Source: Anaerolineae bacterium (GTDB taxonomy: Bacteria > Chloroflexota > Anaerolineae > B4-G1 > DUEL01). Taken from it: a stretch of 64,000 bases of DNA. Positions 8,597-17,967 of the stretch are shown here, piece by piece (position 1 is the stretch's first letter; each line of letters starts with the position of its first letter). The notes below the pieces were generated by a model. That model made no database searches and had not been told where the DNA came from. It saw nothing but the letters and a program-made list of their open reading frames with translations. Both the position numbers and the translations under genes were made by a program. The DNA lies in contig JAFGEI010000148.1 of NCBI GenBank assembly GCA_016931695.1, positions 11,394 through 75,393 on the forward strand, given 5' to 3'.

Positions 8597-10290
8597 GCGG
8601 GGCCAAGCCTGTCGGCACGACCAAGGGCCCGGGCGAGATGCCCCACGAATACCTCTTTATTACCGCCGACCGGGCCGGGACGGCCAAGGCGGGCGAGTTT
8701 GTCTATTATGAAGCACGGGTCGAGGACGAGGTGCGGCGGGTGTTGGGCCGCATCACCGGCCGCCGGCCGGCCCGCCTCTTACCCGACGGGTTTTTGGCCG
8801 ATCCCGACGTGCCGCCCACCGTGTTGGCGGCGATGGTCGGCTATGGCGAACGGGACCACGAACTGTTCGAGATCGCCGTCGGTGTGCTGGGCTACTATGA
8901 TCCACTGCTGGGCGACCTGATCAATCCTCGCCTGCCGCCCCGCGCCGGCACGCCCATCTATGTTGCCGACGACGACATGCTGGCCCGCGTGCTCACCAAG
9001 CGGCAGGCCGGGCAGGTTGGCGCGGCGCACCTCGGCTCGCTGCTCAGCCGCCCGGCGGGCCAGGTGCCCATTGCTGTCGATCTGCGGGCCGTGACCAGCA
9101 CCCACCTGGCGGTCATTGCCAGCACCGGGGCGGGCAAGAGCTACCTGGCGGGGGTGTTGGTCGAAGAGTTGATGGCGCCGCACAACCGCGCCGCCGTCCT
9201 CGTCGTCGATCCCCACGGCGAGTACGATACCTTGACCCAGATGGAGGGGTTGGCGCACTTTGCCGCGCCCGATGGCTACCGCCCGCAGGTCGACGTCATC
9301 CGCCCCGACGACGTCAAGGTGCGCATCTCGACGCTCGAATTGGGCGACCTGCGCTACCTGCTGCCAGACATGTCGGAGCGGATGCACTATGTGCTGGGCC
9401 GGGCGTACGGGATCGCCCGCCGCAAGTTTGGCGAGCACTGGACCCTGGCCCAGCTCCGGCTGGCGGTGCGCGAGGCGGAGGGACAGATCAGCGGCGGGCC
9501 GGAAAAGAGCCCCGAGGAGCAGTTGGCGGAGCTGCAGGGCGACGACTATGGCACCGCCGGGGCGGTGATCTGGCGTCTCAACTCGCGCCTGGAAGGCTCG
9601 CGCATCTTTGACAACCTGGAGAACCTGCCGTTGAACCGCCTCTTTCGCCCCGGCCAGTGCACCGTGCTGCAGCTCAACGAGATCGACCACAAGGAGCAGC
9701 AGGTGATCGTCGCCACGCTGCTGCGGCGCCTGTTGAATGCCCGGATGCGCACTGAAAAGCGTCAGGTGGCGGAGGGGGACGAAAACAACCTGCCCTATCC
9801 CGCCTTTGTGCTGCTGGAAGAGGCGCACAATTTTGCCCCGGCCTCGGCCGACCTGGTCAGTTCCCAGATCCTCAAAAAGATTCTCGCCGAGGGGCGCAAG
9901 TTTGGCGTGGCGGTGGGGCTGATCAGCCAGCGGCCCGGCAAGCTCGACGCCGATGTACTGTCGCAGTGCATGACCCAGTTCATCATGCGCATCGTCAACC
10001 CGGTCGATCAGGCCCGCGTGGCCGAGAGCGTTGAGAGTGTCGGGCGCGATTTGCTGGCCGAGCTGCCGTCCCTTTCCAAGGGCCAGGCCGTCGTTGCCGG
10101 GGCGGCGGTCAATACACCGCTGCTCTGCCGTGTGCGGCAGCGAATCACCGCGCATGGCGCCGAGGACGTGGATGCGCCCGCTCGCTGGGTGGCCTGGTTC
10201 GCGGCGGGCGAGGGCGAATCGCAGGAGCGCGACCAGGCGCTGCCCTTCGAACCGCGGACGCGGGGTCGAGACAAGTTGTTCAAAGAATAA
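8593..10290 (+). CDS. herA: HerA/FtsK-superfamily ATPase (DUF87)
   Basis: N-terminal HAS-like barrel, THLAVIASTGAGKS (Walker A), VVDPHGEY, LLEEAHNF (Walker B), EGRKFG, SQRP. Confidence 0.92.
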   Translation: MSGAKPVGTTKGPGEMPHEYLFITADRAGTAKAGEFVYYEARVEDEVRRVLGRITGRRPARLLPDGFLADPDVPPTVLAAMVGYGERDHELFEIAVGVLGYYDPLLGDLINPRLPPRAGTPIYVADDDMLARVLTKRQAGQVGAAHLGSLLSRPAGQVPIAVDLRAVTSTHLAVIASTGAGKSYLAGVLVEELMAPHNRAAVLVVDPHGEYDTLTQMEGLAHFAAPDGYRPQVDVIRPDDVKVRISTLELGDLRYLLPDMSERMHYVLGRAYGIARRKFGEHWTLAQLRLAVREAEGQISGGPEKSPEEQLAELQGDDYGTAGAVIWRLNSRLEGSRIFDNLENLPLNRLFRPGQCTVLQLNEIDHKEQQVIVATLLRRLLNARMRTEKRQVAEGDENNLPYPAFVLLEEAHNFAPASADLVSSQILKKILAEGRKFGVAVGLISQRPGKLDADVLSQCMTQFIMRIVNPVDQARVAESVESVGRDLLAELPSLSKGQAVVAGAAVNTPLLCRVRQRITAHGAEDVDAPARWVAWFAAGEGESQERDQALPFEPRTRGRDKLFKE

Positions 10291-10304
10291 TGTGGAGGTG
10301 AACG

Positions 10305-10850
10305 ATGCTTTGCCCACGGTGCAAGCAAGTGCTGCGCATGCGGATGATTCACAACGTCGAGGTCGATCGATGCCTGGCATGTGACGGGGTCTGGTTCGAT
10401 CAAGGGGAGCTCCAGGCGGCGCGGGAAAAGGTGGAACCGGACTCGCGCTGGATGGACGTCGATCTCTGGGCGGACCCGGACCGCTTTAAAGTGCTGGACG
10501 GGGAGCTTGCCTGTCCCCGCTGCCACGCCGAGATGGCGACGATTGCGTACGGCGATACTGGCGTAGAGATCGACTACTGTCCGCAATGCCAGGGAGCCTG
10601 GCTTGACGGCGGAGAGTTCGAAAAGATCGTCAACGCCCTGAGGGAGGAGATCGCTTCCAAGGGGGCGCCGGATTACCTGGCGGCGAGCCTGGAGGAGGCA
10701 AAAGAGGTCGTTGACGGGGAGAAGGGCCTGGCCTCCGAGTGGCGGGACCTGGCCGTTGTCACGCGCCTGCTCCAATACCGCTTGCTGGCCGAGCGCCCTG
10801 GCCTGCGCAGCGTGCTCGAGGTACTCCGCCGGGGATCGACGAACTTGTGA
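10305..10850 (+). CDS. Protein with two zf-TFIIB-type zinc ribbons
   Basis: CPRC...VEVDRCLACDGVWFDQGEL and CPRC...VEIDYCPQCQGAWLDGGEF; GGAGG RBS. Confidence 0.8.
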   Translation: MLCPRCKQVLRMRMIHNVEVDRCLACDGVWFDQGELQAAREKVEPDSRWMDVDLWADPDRFKVLDGELACPRCHAEMATIAYGDTGVEIDYCPQCQGAWLDGGEFEKIVNALREEIASKGAPDYLAASLEEAKEVVDGEKGLASEWRDLAVVTRLLQYRLLAERPGLRSVLEVLRRGSTNL

Positions 10851-10885
10851 GTTGTTGCGCGGCGGCGGCAGTTAGAGGAGCGCTG

Positions 10886-11734
10886 ATGTTCAATCCAGAG
10901 AAAATTACGATCGATTACTTTGTTCAAGAGCTTGGGCGGGCTTATCGCCGGACGTATTCCGACCTGGCGCCGGATTTCGGCAATATCGTTGCCTGGACGG
11001 GCCGGCTGGCGCTGGAGAACATTGCCAGCTCGGATGCGTTGTATCACAACGTCGAGCATACGCTGATGGTCGCCCTGGCCGGACAGGCAATCGTGGAGGG
11101 CAAGCATCTGTGTGAGGGGGGCGTGCTTCCCCGTGACTGGATGCACTTTATGATTGCCTTGTTGTGCCACGACATTGGCTACGTGAAGGGAATCTGTTGC
11201 GGCGACCGGGACGGGGTCTATGCAACCGGGGTGGGGGATCAAGTCGTCGAGGTGCCGCCGGGAGGAACGGACGTCGTGTTGACTCCTTACCACGTCGACC
11301 GGAGCAAGCTTTTTGTCCAGGAGCGATTTGGGTGCAACTTGTTGATGGAGACGGCGTCGGTGGTCGATGCAGACGTCATCTCGTCGTATATCGAGATGAC
11401 GCGCTTCCCGGTTCCCGACGACGAAGCACATCGGGATACAAAGGGGTATGGCGGGCTGGCGCGGGCGGCGGACTTTATCGGCCAGTTGGGCGATCCGAAT
11501 CACATGCGAAAATGCCCGGCCTTGTTCTACGAGTTTGAAGAAATTGGCGCCAACACCCGCTACGGCTACCAGCAGCCTGGGGATCTGCGGGAGACGTATG
11601 CCCGGTTTTACTGGAACGTCGTCAGCCCCTACATTCAGGATGCGCTGCGCTATCTAAAAGTGACGCAAGAGGGGAAACAGTGGGTCGCCAACCTGTACGC
11701 AAATGTGTTTGCCTCGGAACACAAGTGCGGCTGA
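10886..11734 (+). CDS. HD-domain metal-dependent phosphohydrolase (Npun_R2479-like)
   Basis: DALYHNVEHT, LCHDIGY, PYHVDRS and RAADFIGQLGDP motifs; GAGGAG RBS before ATG 10886. Confidence 0.8.
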   Translation: MFNPEKITIDYFVQELGRAYRRTYSDLAPDFGNIVAWTGRLALENIASSDALYHNVEHTLMVALAGQAIVEGKHLCEGGVLPRDWMHFMIALLCHDIGYVKGICCGDRDGVYATGVGDQVVEVPPGGTDVVLTPYHVDRSKLFVQERFGCNLLMETASVVDADVISSYIEMTRFPVPDDEAHRDTKGYGGLARAADFIGQLGDPNHMRKCPALFYEFEEIGANTRYGYQQPGDLRETYARFYWNVVSPYIQDALRYLKVTQEGKQWVANLYANVFASEHKCG

Positions 11735-11780
11735 CAGGTAACTGCTGCGCCCGCGCTTTCTTTTTTCTGCCTGCTGTGCT

Positions 11781-12332
11781 CTAGAACTGGCCGAACAGGA
11801 GGTTTCCCGGCGCGTCGGGATCGTTGCGGTAGAAAAAGTCGGCCAGGAGCTGCATCATCTCTTCACGGCTGATGGTGCCATCCCCGTCCAGGTCGAGCCG
11901 GGCAAAAACCGCTGCGTGATCCACGTCCTCGAGGCCAAATATCTTGGTGATGTCGCGATACTCCTCGACGGTGATGTATCCGTTGCCGTCCGTGTCAAAG
12001 AGATCGAACAGGGATCCGTACTCGACCTCGCAGTGGGCGACGAGGTCCTCCCCCTTGGACATATAGTACCTGACCTCGGCGGATTCCAGGTACTCTTGCC
12101 GGCTGATCCGTCCATCGCCGTCTCGATCGGCAATGCCGCAGAGTTGCTCCCAGCGGACCATGGTGTCTTCTTCGAACTGTTTGTAGGCCGGCGAATCGGC
12201 CGGGATGCCGCGGACCTCGGTCACCATCTTGACGTGGTGCATATAGTCGGCTGCCTCGATCCAGCCGTTGTTGTCGCTGTCATAGATGTCAAAGAGGTGG
12301 GTATATTTTCTTTCTAACAGTTGACTCAGCAT
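11781..12332 (-). CDS. EF-hand calcium-binding protein (calerythrin/SCP-like)
   Basis: Four EF-hand loops: DSDNNGWIEAAD, DRDGDGRISRQE, DTDGNGYITVEE, DLDGDGTISREE; C-terminal PGNLLFG. Confidence 0.88.
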   Translation of the reverse strand: MLSQLLERKYTHLFDIYDSDNNGWIEAADYMHHVKMVTEVRGIPADSPAYKQFEEDTMVRWEQLCGIADRDGDGRISRQEYLESAEVRYYMSKGEDLVAHCEVEYGSLFDLFDTDGNGYITVEEYRDITKIFGLEDVDHAAVFARLDLDGDGTISREEMMQLLADFFYRNDPDAPGNLLFGQF

Positions 12333-12377
12333 GGTTCATCTCCTCTGTTGGTTGAGTAGCTGCCAGTATACCCTCTT

Positions 12378-13460
12378 TCAGTCTTTTTGCAAAGGAGCGC
12401 CTGGTCGGGGGCTTTGGCGGCGCAGTTGACCGCACCCGGCCTCAATTTCGATCCCCCTTCGTGTCCGGACGGTGTGCGGCACGTGGAGGCGTTCGAGGAC
12501 GGCGCTAAATGCTTGCACCGCCTGGGGGGAAGAGGGCTGTCCTGGGTAGGCAGGGGTTGGATTGAGGGGGATCAGGTTGACGTGGGCGGTGATGCCCTGG
12601 AGCCGGGCGGCGAGGGCCTGTGCCTGTTGTGGGCTGTCGTTAACGCCGTCGATCAGCGCCCACTCAAAGCTGATGCGGCGTCCGCCGCGGGCACAGTAGC
12701 GGTAGCAGGCGGCAAAGAGTGCATCCAGTGGGTAGCGACGGTTGATCGGCAGCAGCTGGTCGCGCAGGTCATCGGTGGCGGCGTGGAGGGAGACGGCGAG
12801 GGTGATTTGCAGCCCTTCGTCGGCCAGCCGGTCGATCCCCGGCACGATGCCAGCAGTGGAGAGGGTGACGTGCCGCTGGCCCAACCTGAACCCCTGCGGG
12901 TCGATCAGGCGACGGATCGCGGTGAGCGCGGCGTCATAGTTCAAGAGCGGCTCTCCCATGCCCATCATGACCACGTTGCTCAGCCGTTTTCCTGTGGCCT
13001 GGAGCTGGCGGGCGACGTGCAGCGCCTGGGCGACGATCTCGCCGGCCGACAGGTCGCGCTGGAAGCCGGACTGGCCTGTGGCGCAGAAGCGGCAGCCCAG
13101 CGGACAGCCCGCCTGGCTGGAGATGCAGGCGGTGTGGCGCTGGTCATAGTGCATCAGCACCACCTCGATCGTTTCCCCGTCTGCCAGGCGGAGCAGGTCT
13201 TTGCGCGTTTCACCGCTGCGCGAAAGTTGCGAGGCGATCCTTTCTGGGGCGCCGATGGCGGTTTCGGCAGCGAGTTTTTCGCGTAGCGATCGGGGCAGGT
13301 TGCTCATTTGCTCGAATCTGTCCGCCAGGTGGATGTAGAGCCACTCCCAAAGCTGGCGGGCGCGATATGGCGCTTCGCCCCAGCTTTCCAGGAGCGCCTG
13401 GAGGGTGGGGAGGTCCAGGTCGTAGAGGTTCTGCCGGAAAGGCCGCCTCACGTCTGCCAC
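12378..13460 (-). CDS. rlmN: Dual-specificity RNA methyltransferase RlmN (radical SAM)
   Basis: CISSQAGCPLGCRFCATG, MGMGEPL, VNLIPLN, AGCGQL. Confidence 0.95.
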   Translation of the reverse strand: MADVRRPFRQNLYDLDLPTLQALLESWGEAPYRARQLWEWLYIHLADRFEQMSNLPRSLREKLAAETAIGAPERIASQLSRSGETRKDLLRLADGETIEVVLMHYDQRHTACISSQAGCPLGCRFCATGQSGFQRDLSAGEIVAQALHVARQLQATGKRLSNVVMMGMGEPLLNYDAALTAIRRLIDPQGFRLGQRHVTLSTAGIVPGIDRLADEGLQITLAVSLHAATDDLRDQLLPINRRYPLDALFAACYRYCARGGRRISFEWALIDGVNDSPQQAQALAARLQGITAHVNLIPLNPTPAYPGQPSSPQAVQAFSAVLERLHVPHTVRTRRGIEIEAGCGQLRRQSPRPGAPLQKD

Positions 13461-14839
13461 GCTTCCACCAGCGCCTTGACGTCGGCAAAGACAAAATCGG
13501 GCCGCAGTGTTGTTGTTTCCAGATCCTTCTCGCCGGTGATGCCAGAGAGGACCAGGATGGTGCGGATGCCGACGCGGGCCCCGCCGGCAACGTCGGTGTC
13601 CAGCCGGTCGCCGACGACGGCCGTGCTTTCAAGGCTGGCGCCCGTTCGCCGCATCGCCTCCTGGTAGAGCCAGGGATCGGGCTTGCCGATCACCTGCGGC
13701 GCCACTCCGGTGGCGGCTTGCAGGGCGGCGAGTGTCGCGCCGTTGCCTGGAACCGGGCCCGCCTCGCTGGGGAAGGTGACGTCGGGGTTGGTGCCGATGA
13801 ACGCGGCGCCGCGGTGGATCTGCAGTGCGGCGGCCGCCAGCTTTTCCCAGGTCAGGTCGACGGTCCAGCCGACGACGACGTAGCGCGCCTGCGCCTCGGC
13901 CGGCACAAATCCCCGTTCTGCCAGCGCCTCGTGTAACCCTTCCATGCCCAGGGTGTGGACGGGGGTGCCCGGTGGGGCGATGGCCGCCAGGTAGGCGGCG
14001 GCGGCCTGCGCCGAGGTGAGGATATCCGCCGTCGAGACCTGCACGCCCATGTTGCCGAGTTTTTCGACGTACTGCTGCGGTCGCTTGCTGGCGTTGTTGG
14101 TCACCAGGATGAAGGAAATTTCCCGCGCACGCAGAAAGGCAAAGAACTCGTGGAGGCCGGCAATAGCCTGATTTCCCCGCCACAGCACGCCGTCCATGTC
14201 GACGATCAGGTGGTGGATGTCTTGCAGCTCTTTCCCCGGAGTCTTTTTCTCGACCTCTTGCCGCAACTGCTCGTATTCCTCAGGCGTGTCGATATCCGCC
14301 AGCACCGCAGCGCTTTCTACCGGCACGATGGCACTCTCGGCGGGGTGGCGCTCGATGATCGCCCGCCCCCCTTGATCACCGGCCACCGCAGCCAGCTCGG
14401 CAAACAGGTCGCGGTGGAAGAGGACCGGGGTCCCGCGCTGCCCGTCGTAGACGGGGTAGACGATTTTCGCGCTGCTCTGCTCAAAGCGGGTGACGAGGGC
14501 GCGCAGGAGGTCGGGGGAGACGAGGGGTTGGTCGCAGTGCAGAAAGATCGCCCCCTCGACGTCGGGTGGGAGCGCGGCCAGGCCGACCTGCAGCGAGCTG
14601 CTGAGCCCCTCCTGCCAGCGCCAGTTCATTACCGTTTGAACAGCCCGCCCGTCCAGCGCGGCCCGCACTGCAGCGGCGGCGTGGCCCAGGACGACGACGA
14701 GAGGGGTCAGGCCGGCCGCCAGGGCGCTGTCGGCGAGGTGGGCAATGAGGGGTTTTCCGCCCCAGTTCAACAACTGCTTGGGCTGCCCAAAGCGGCTGGA
14801 TGCGCCGGCTGCCAGCACGATACCGGCGATTCGTCTCAT
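13448..14839 (-). CDS. Fusion of MocA/MobA-like nucleotidyltransferase and HAD-IIA (NagD-like) hydrolase
   Basis: N-half LAAGASSRFGQPKQLL, CDQP, GTPVLF, GDQGGR, DIDTPEEY; C-half DMDGVLW, TNNA, TNPD, GKP, GDRLDTD. Start at 14839 overlaps the yqeC stop (ATGA) and has a GGAG RBS. Confidence 0.85.
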   Translation of the reverse strand: MRRIAGIVLAAGASSRFGQPKQLLNWGGKPLIAHLADSALAAGLTPLVVVLGHAAAAVRAALDGRAVQTVMNWRWQEGLSSSLQVGLAALPPDVEGAIFLHCDQPLVSPDLLRALVTRFEQSSAKIVYPVYDGQRGTPVLFHRDLFAELAAVAGDQGGRAIIERHPAESAIVPVESAAVLADIDTPEEYEQLRQEVEKKTPGKELQDIHHLIVDMDGVLWRGNQAIAGLHEFFAFLRAREISFILVTNNASKRPQQYVEKLGNMGVQVSTADILTSAQAAAAYLAAIAPPGTPVHTLGMEGLHEALAERGFVPAEAQARYVVVGWTVDLTWEKLAAAALQIHRGAAFIGTNPDVTFPSEAGPVPGNGATLAALQAATGVAPQVIGKPDPWLYQEAMRRTGASLESTAVVGDRLDTDVAGGARVGIRTILVLSGITGEKDLETTTLRPDFVFADVKALVEAWQT

Positions 14840-15627
14840 GGCCATACTCCCACCACCGGCGCGGCGTCGTGCAGGCTTGTCAGGACAACGCGCTGGATAC
14901 GCGTACCTGCGGCCAGCTTTTGCCCGATGGCATGGGCGGATGGATGGAGGGATTTTCCTTGTTGGGTCAGCAGCGCGATGACGGCCGCCTGTTTGGGGAC
15001 TCTTTTCAACCCTCCTGCCGGGTGAGACAGCAATGTGATCATCAACTCGGGCGTGATCGGCGTCCCGAGGGGGGTTCCCAGGATGGCGGCGGCGATATCT
15101 GGGTGCTGGACGGCTTGCTCCTCGATTCGGCGTCCGAGGGCTTCCAGGCTGGCGACGACGATGATGCGGTCGGCGCCAGGGGGCATCGCGGGCTCGTCTT
15201 CTGCCGGCGCTTTTAACGGCCGCCCTTGGGCGTTGTCTGCTTCGACCAGCCACGTGGCGCCAGGAACCCGCCGGGCCAGCTCGGTGAGGATATGGGGGTC
15301 CAGGCCTTTTAGCCTGGCTGGCAGGGCCGGGTAGGGACTGCGGGCAGCCTGTTGGGGGTTGCCCTTCTCCGCCCGCGTGGCGGCGAGGAATAGGGCTGGA
15401 GATTCGATCAGCAGGCTTTGGACGATATTGGCTGGCTCGGGCCAGGGGTTTAACAGCAGCGGCGCTTTTTGCGGCTCAAAGATGTAGGTGGTCGTGGTAA
15501 AAACCACTCTTTCGCCTGAGGCGACCAGGGAGCGCAGCAATTGCCAGGCGGCAGTTGTTTTGCCCCCCGCTCCAATCAAGGCGACCAGTTCGCCGGATTC
15601 AAGCCCCAAAGCCGTTGCCAGGTCCAT
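14836..15627 (-). CDS. yqeC: Selenium-dependent molybdenum hydroxylase accessory protein YqeC
   Basis: LIGAGGKTT, VVFTTTT, LVEADNAQGRPLKAPAEDEP, HPAGGLK motifs; translationally coupled to the mocA-like gene. Confidence 0.8.
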   Translation of the reverse strand: MDLATALGLESGELVALIGAGGKTTAAWQLLRSLVASGERVVFTTTTYIFEPQKAPLLLNPWPEPANIVQSLLIESPALFLAATRAEKGNPQQAARSPYPALPARLKGLDPHILTELARRVPGATWLVEADNAQGRPLKAPAEDEPAMPPGADRIIVVASLEALGRRIEEQAVQHPDIAAAILGTPLGTPITPELMITLLSHPAGGLKRVPKQAAVIALLTQQGKSLHPSAHAIGQKLAAGTRIQRVVLTSLHDAAPVVGVWP

Positions 15628-15752
15628 TGCCTATATTGTAACAGAAACTATGACGACAGGCAATGTGCCGGCTTTGCTTGCTCTCTGCCGTCACTGTGCT
15701 ACAATGTAGCCGTGACGGGCAGTTAGAACAATGCGCCCGGCAGGAGGGGGAA

Positions 15753-17420
15753 ATGCCCTCAAGAGAAGAGATTATCCGGACTCTGAAAAGCGTGCACCTG
15801 TTCTCGGGCCTGGACCGGGCTGATCTGCGGGAGCTGGCCGCCATTGTCCAAGAGATTGAATATGCGCCAGGCAGCTTGATTTGCCACCAGGGAGAGCAGG
15901 GGCAGCAGTATCTCATCATTGAGCGGGGTGGGCTTCGCGCTACCCTCGTTAATCCTGAAGGGCAGGAGCTCGAAGCCCGTCGCCTGGGGCCCGGAGAGGC
16001 GGTTGGCGAAACCTCCCTCCTTTTGGGTGACGTGCGGGACGCGACCATCGAGAGCGTTAGCGCCACGACCCTTCTCTACATCGAAAAGAGCGATTTTGAC
16101 CGGCTCCTGGAAAAAACCAGGATTGAACCGCGGCTCAAGATGCGCCCCGACATTGCCGAGCGGCGGCGATATCCCCGCTTTTCCTGGATGGAGGCCAGAG
16201 AGCTGCCGGTCAAGATGCTGCACAAACATCCTGCCGTTCTCGTCCCCAACCTCTTTATTCCCCTGCTCATTGGCGTGATCCTTGTTCTAGCTGGCATCCT
16301 GGCCGCCCGTCAGTGGCACGTTATTTTTCTGTGGGTGGGCCTCGTTCTCTCACTTTTTCCCCTGGGCCTTGCCCTATATGCTTATATCGACTGGCGCAAT
16401 GACCTCTATGTCTTGACCAACCGGCGCATCGTTCACCGGGAACAGATCGGGCTGGTGCGAGAAAGATTTTCTGCCGCCCCGTTACATGCCGTACAGGACA
16501 TCCAACAGATCCAAATCGGTATGCTGAGCCACTTTCTGAACTATGGCGACCTGGTCATTGAGACGGCCGGGGGCGCCGGGCAGGTCACTTTTCACAGTGT
16601 TCCCTGCCCCGATGACGTGCGGAACGAGATCTTTGGGCAGATCGAGCGCACGCGGGCGCTGGCGCGGGCCCAGGAGCGGGAGGCGATCCAGCAGGCCATG
16701 CACCGCCACTTTTTGGGCCAGGAGTACGAGGAACCGCCCGCGGCGCCAGAGACTGCGCCTGTGAAGCGAAAGCTGCCCGGTCTCCTAGTCCTCATCACTT
16801 CGTTCATTCCTCCCTCCTGGCACCAGGAAGGAGACACTATCACCTGGCGCAAGCATTGGATCGCCCTCATCCGCACCGTGGGGGGGGCTGTCCTCACCTT
16901 TATCCTGACCACGACGGCCGTCTTGGCCCTGGTCATCTGGCGCGCCGAGCTGCTGGCGCCGCTGACGGTCGTCTATGCGGCGGCGGCCTTTTTTATCATC
17001 CCCTGGCTGTTGTGGCAGTTTGACGATTGGCAAAACGACTTTTACCAGGTGACGATTGCGCGCGTCATCCACGTCGAGCGCAAGCCGTTTTTCCTGAGCG
17101 AGAAGCGGCGGGAAGCCAGCCTGCAGCAGGTGACAAACGTCCGTTTCGAACAGCCCTTTTGGGGGCGAATTTTTAACTATGGCGACGTGTTTGTCGAGAC
17201 CGCCGCTCCGGCCGGCACCTTTCACTTTCGCATGGCCAGCCGTCCCCGCGAAATCCAGTCCGAGATCTTTGCCCACATCGAGGCCTCGCGGGAGCGGCGG
17301 CAGCAGGAGGATGCCCGGCAGCGCCGCACCGAGCTGCTCGATTGGTTCAGCACCTATGACGAAATTCGCCGCCGTTCTCTTTACCCGCCCCCATCTCGGC
17401 AGCAGGGGGACAGTGTATGA
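15753..17420 (+). CDS. Membrane protein with N-terminal cNMP-binding domain and two bacterial PH (bPH_2) domains
   Basis: LFSGL...GE.VGETSLL.G.VRDAT cNMP motif; two TM-pair + PH repeats (YVLTNRRIV...NYGDLVIETAG; YQVTIARVI...NYGDVFVETAA). Confidence 0.8.
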   Translation: MPSREEIIRTLKSVHLFSGLDRADLRELAAIVQEIEYAPGSLICHQGEQGQQYLIIERGGLRATLVNPEGQELEARRLGPGEAVGETSLLLGDVRDATIESVSATTLLYIEKSDFDRLLEKTRIEPRLKMRPDIAERRRYPRFSWMEARELPVKMLHKHPAVLVPNLFIPLLIGVILVLAGILAARQWHVIFLWVGLVLSLFPLGLALYAYIDWRNDLYVLTNRRIVHREQIGLVRERFSAAPLHAVQDIQQIQIGMLSHFLNYGDLVIETAGGAGQVTFHSVPCPDDVRNEIFGQIERTRALARAQEREAIQQAMHRHFLGQEYEEPPAAPETAPVKRKLPGLLVLITSFIPPSWHQEGDTITWRKHWIALIRTVGGAVLTFILTTTAVLALVIWRAELLAPLTVVYAAAAFFIIPWLLWQFDDWQNDFYQVTIARVIHVERKPFFLSEKRREASLQQVTNVRFEQPFWGRIFNYGDVFVETAAPAGTFHFRMASRPREIQSEIFAHIEASRERRQQEDARQRRTELLDWFSTYDEIRRRSLYPPPSRQQGDSV

Positions 17421-17956
17421 CCGTTCGCCCGATCATCTATTCTGACGACCCGGTCTTGCGGCAAAAGTCGCGTCGCATCCCGCGCGTCACGCCCGAGATC
17501 GAGCATCTGGTCGACGACATGTTCGAGACCGCGGATGCAGCCTACGGCGTCGGCCTGGCCGCAGTCCAGGTGGGGGTTCCCTGGCGGGTCATTATCGCCA
17601 ACATCCCCGGTGACTTGCAAGACCCGGATGCCGGGACTGCCGTGGCCTTGGTCAATCCGGAACTGGCACGGGCTTCTGACGAGCTGGAAGAAGGGGTGGA
17701 GGGCTGTCTTTCCATCCCCGGCTGGGTGGGGAAGGTGGAGCGACACAAGAGCGTCGTCGTAAAGGCGATGGACATGCAGGGCAAAAAGATCCGGCTGCGT
17801 GCCGAAGGTTACCTGGCTCGTATCCTGCAGCACGAGATCGACCATCTCGACGGCGTGCTCTTTATCGACAAGGCGGCCGAGGTATGGCCGGTGAAGGAAG
17901 GGGACGAAGAGCGGGTCGAGGCCGGGTTTGCCGCGCCAGCGAATGCAATGATCTAG
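17417..17956 (+). CDS. def: Peptide deformylase
   Basis: GVGLAAVQVG, EGCLSIP, QHEIDHLDG. Confidence 0.96.
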   Translation: MTVRPIIYSDDPVLRQKSRRIPRVTPEIEHLVDDMFETADAAYGVGLAAVQVGVPWRVIIANIPGDLQDPDAGTAVALVNPELARASDELEEGVEGCLSIPGWVGKVERHKSVVVKAMDMQGKKIRLRAEGYLARILQHEIDHLDGVLFIDKAAEVWPVKEGDEERVEAGFAAPANAMI

Positions 17957-17967
17957 CTGCTCTCTCG

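Noticed and set aside
14840..15253. N-terminal extension of the 601-aa ORF 13448..15253
   Set aside because: Arg/Pro-rich out-of-frame overlap with yqeC. The real start is the RBS-preceded ATG at 14839.
13448..15627. Selenocysteine read-through suggested by yqeC
   Set aside because: No gene in the window appears interrupted by an in-frame TGA at a Cys position. YqeC relates to the Se cofactor, not to Sec.
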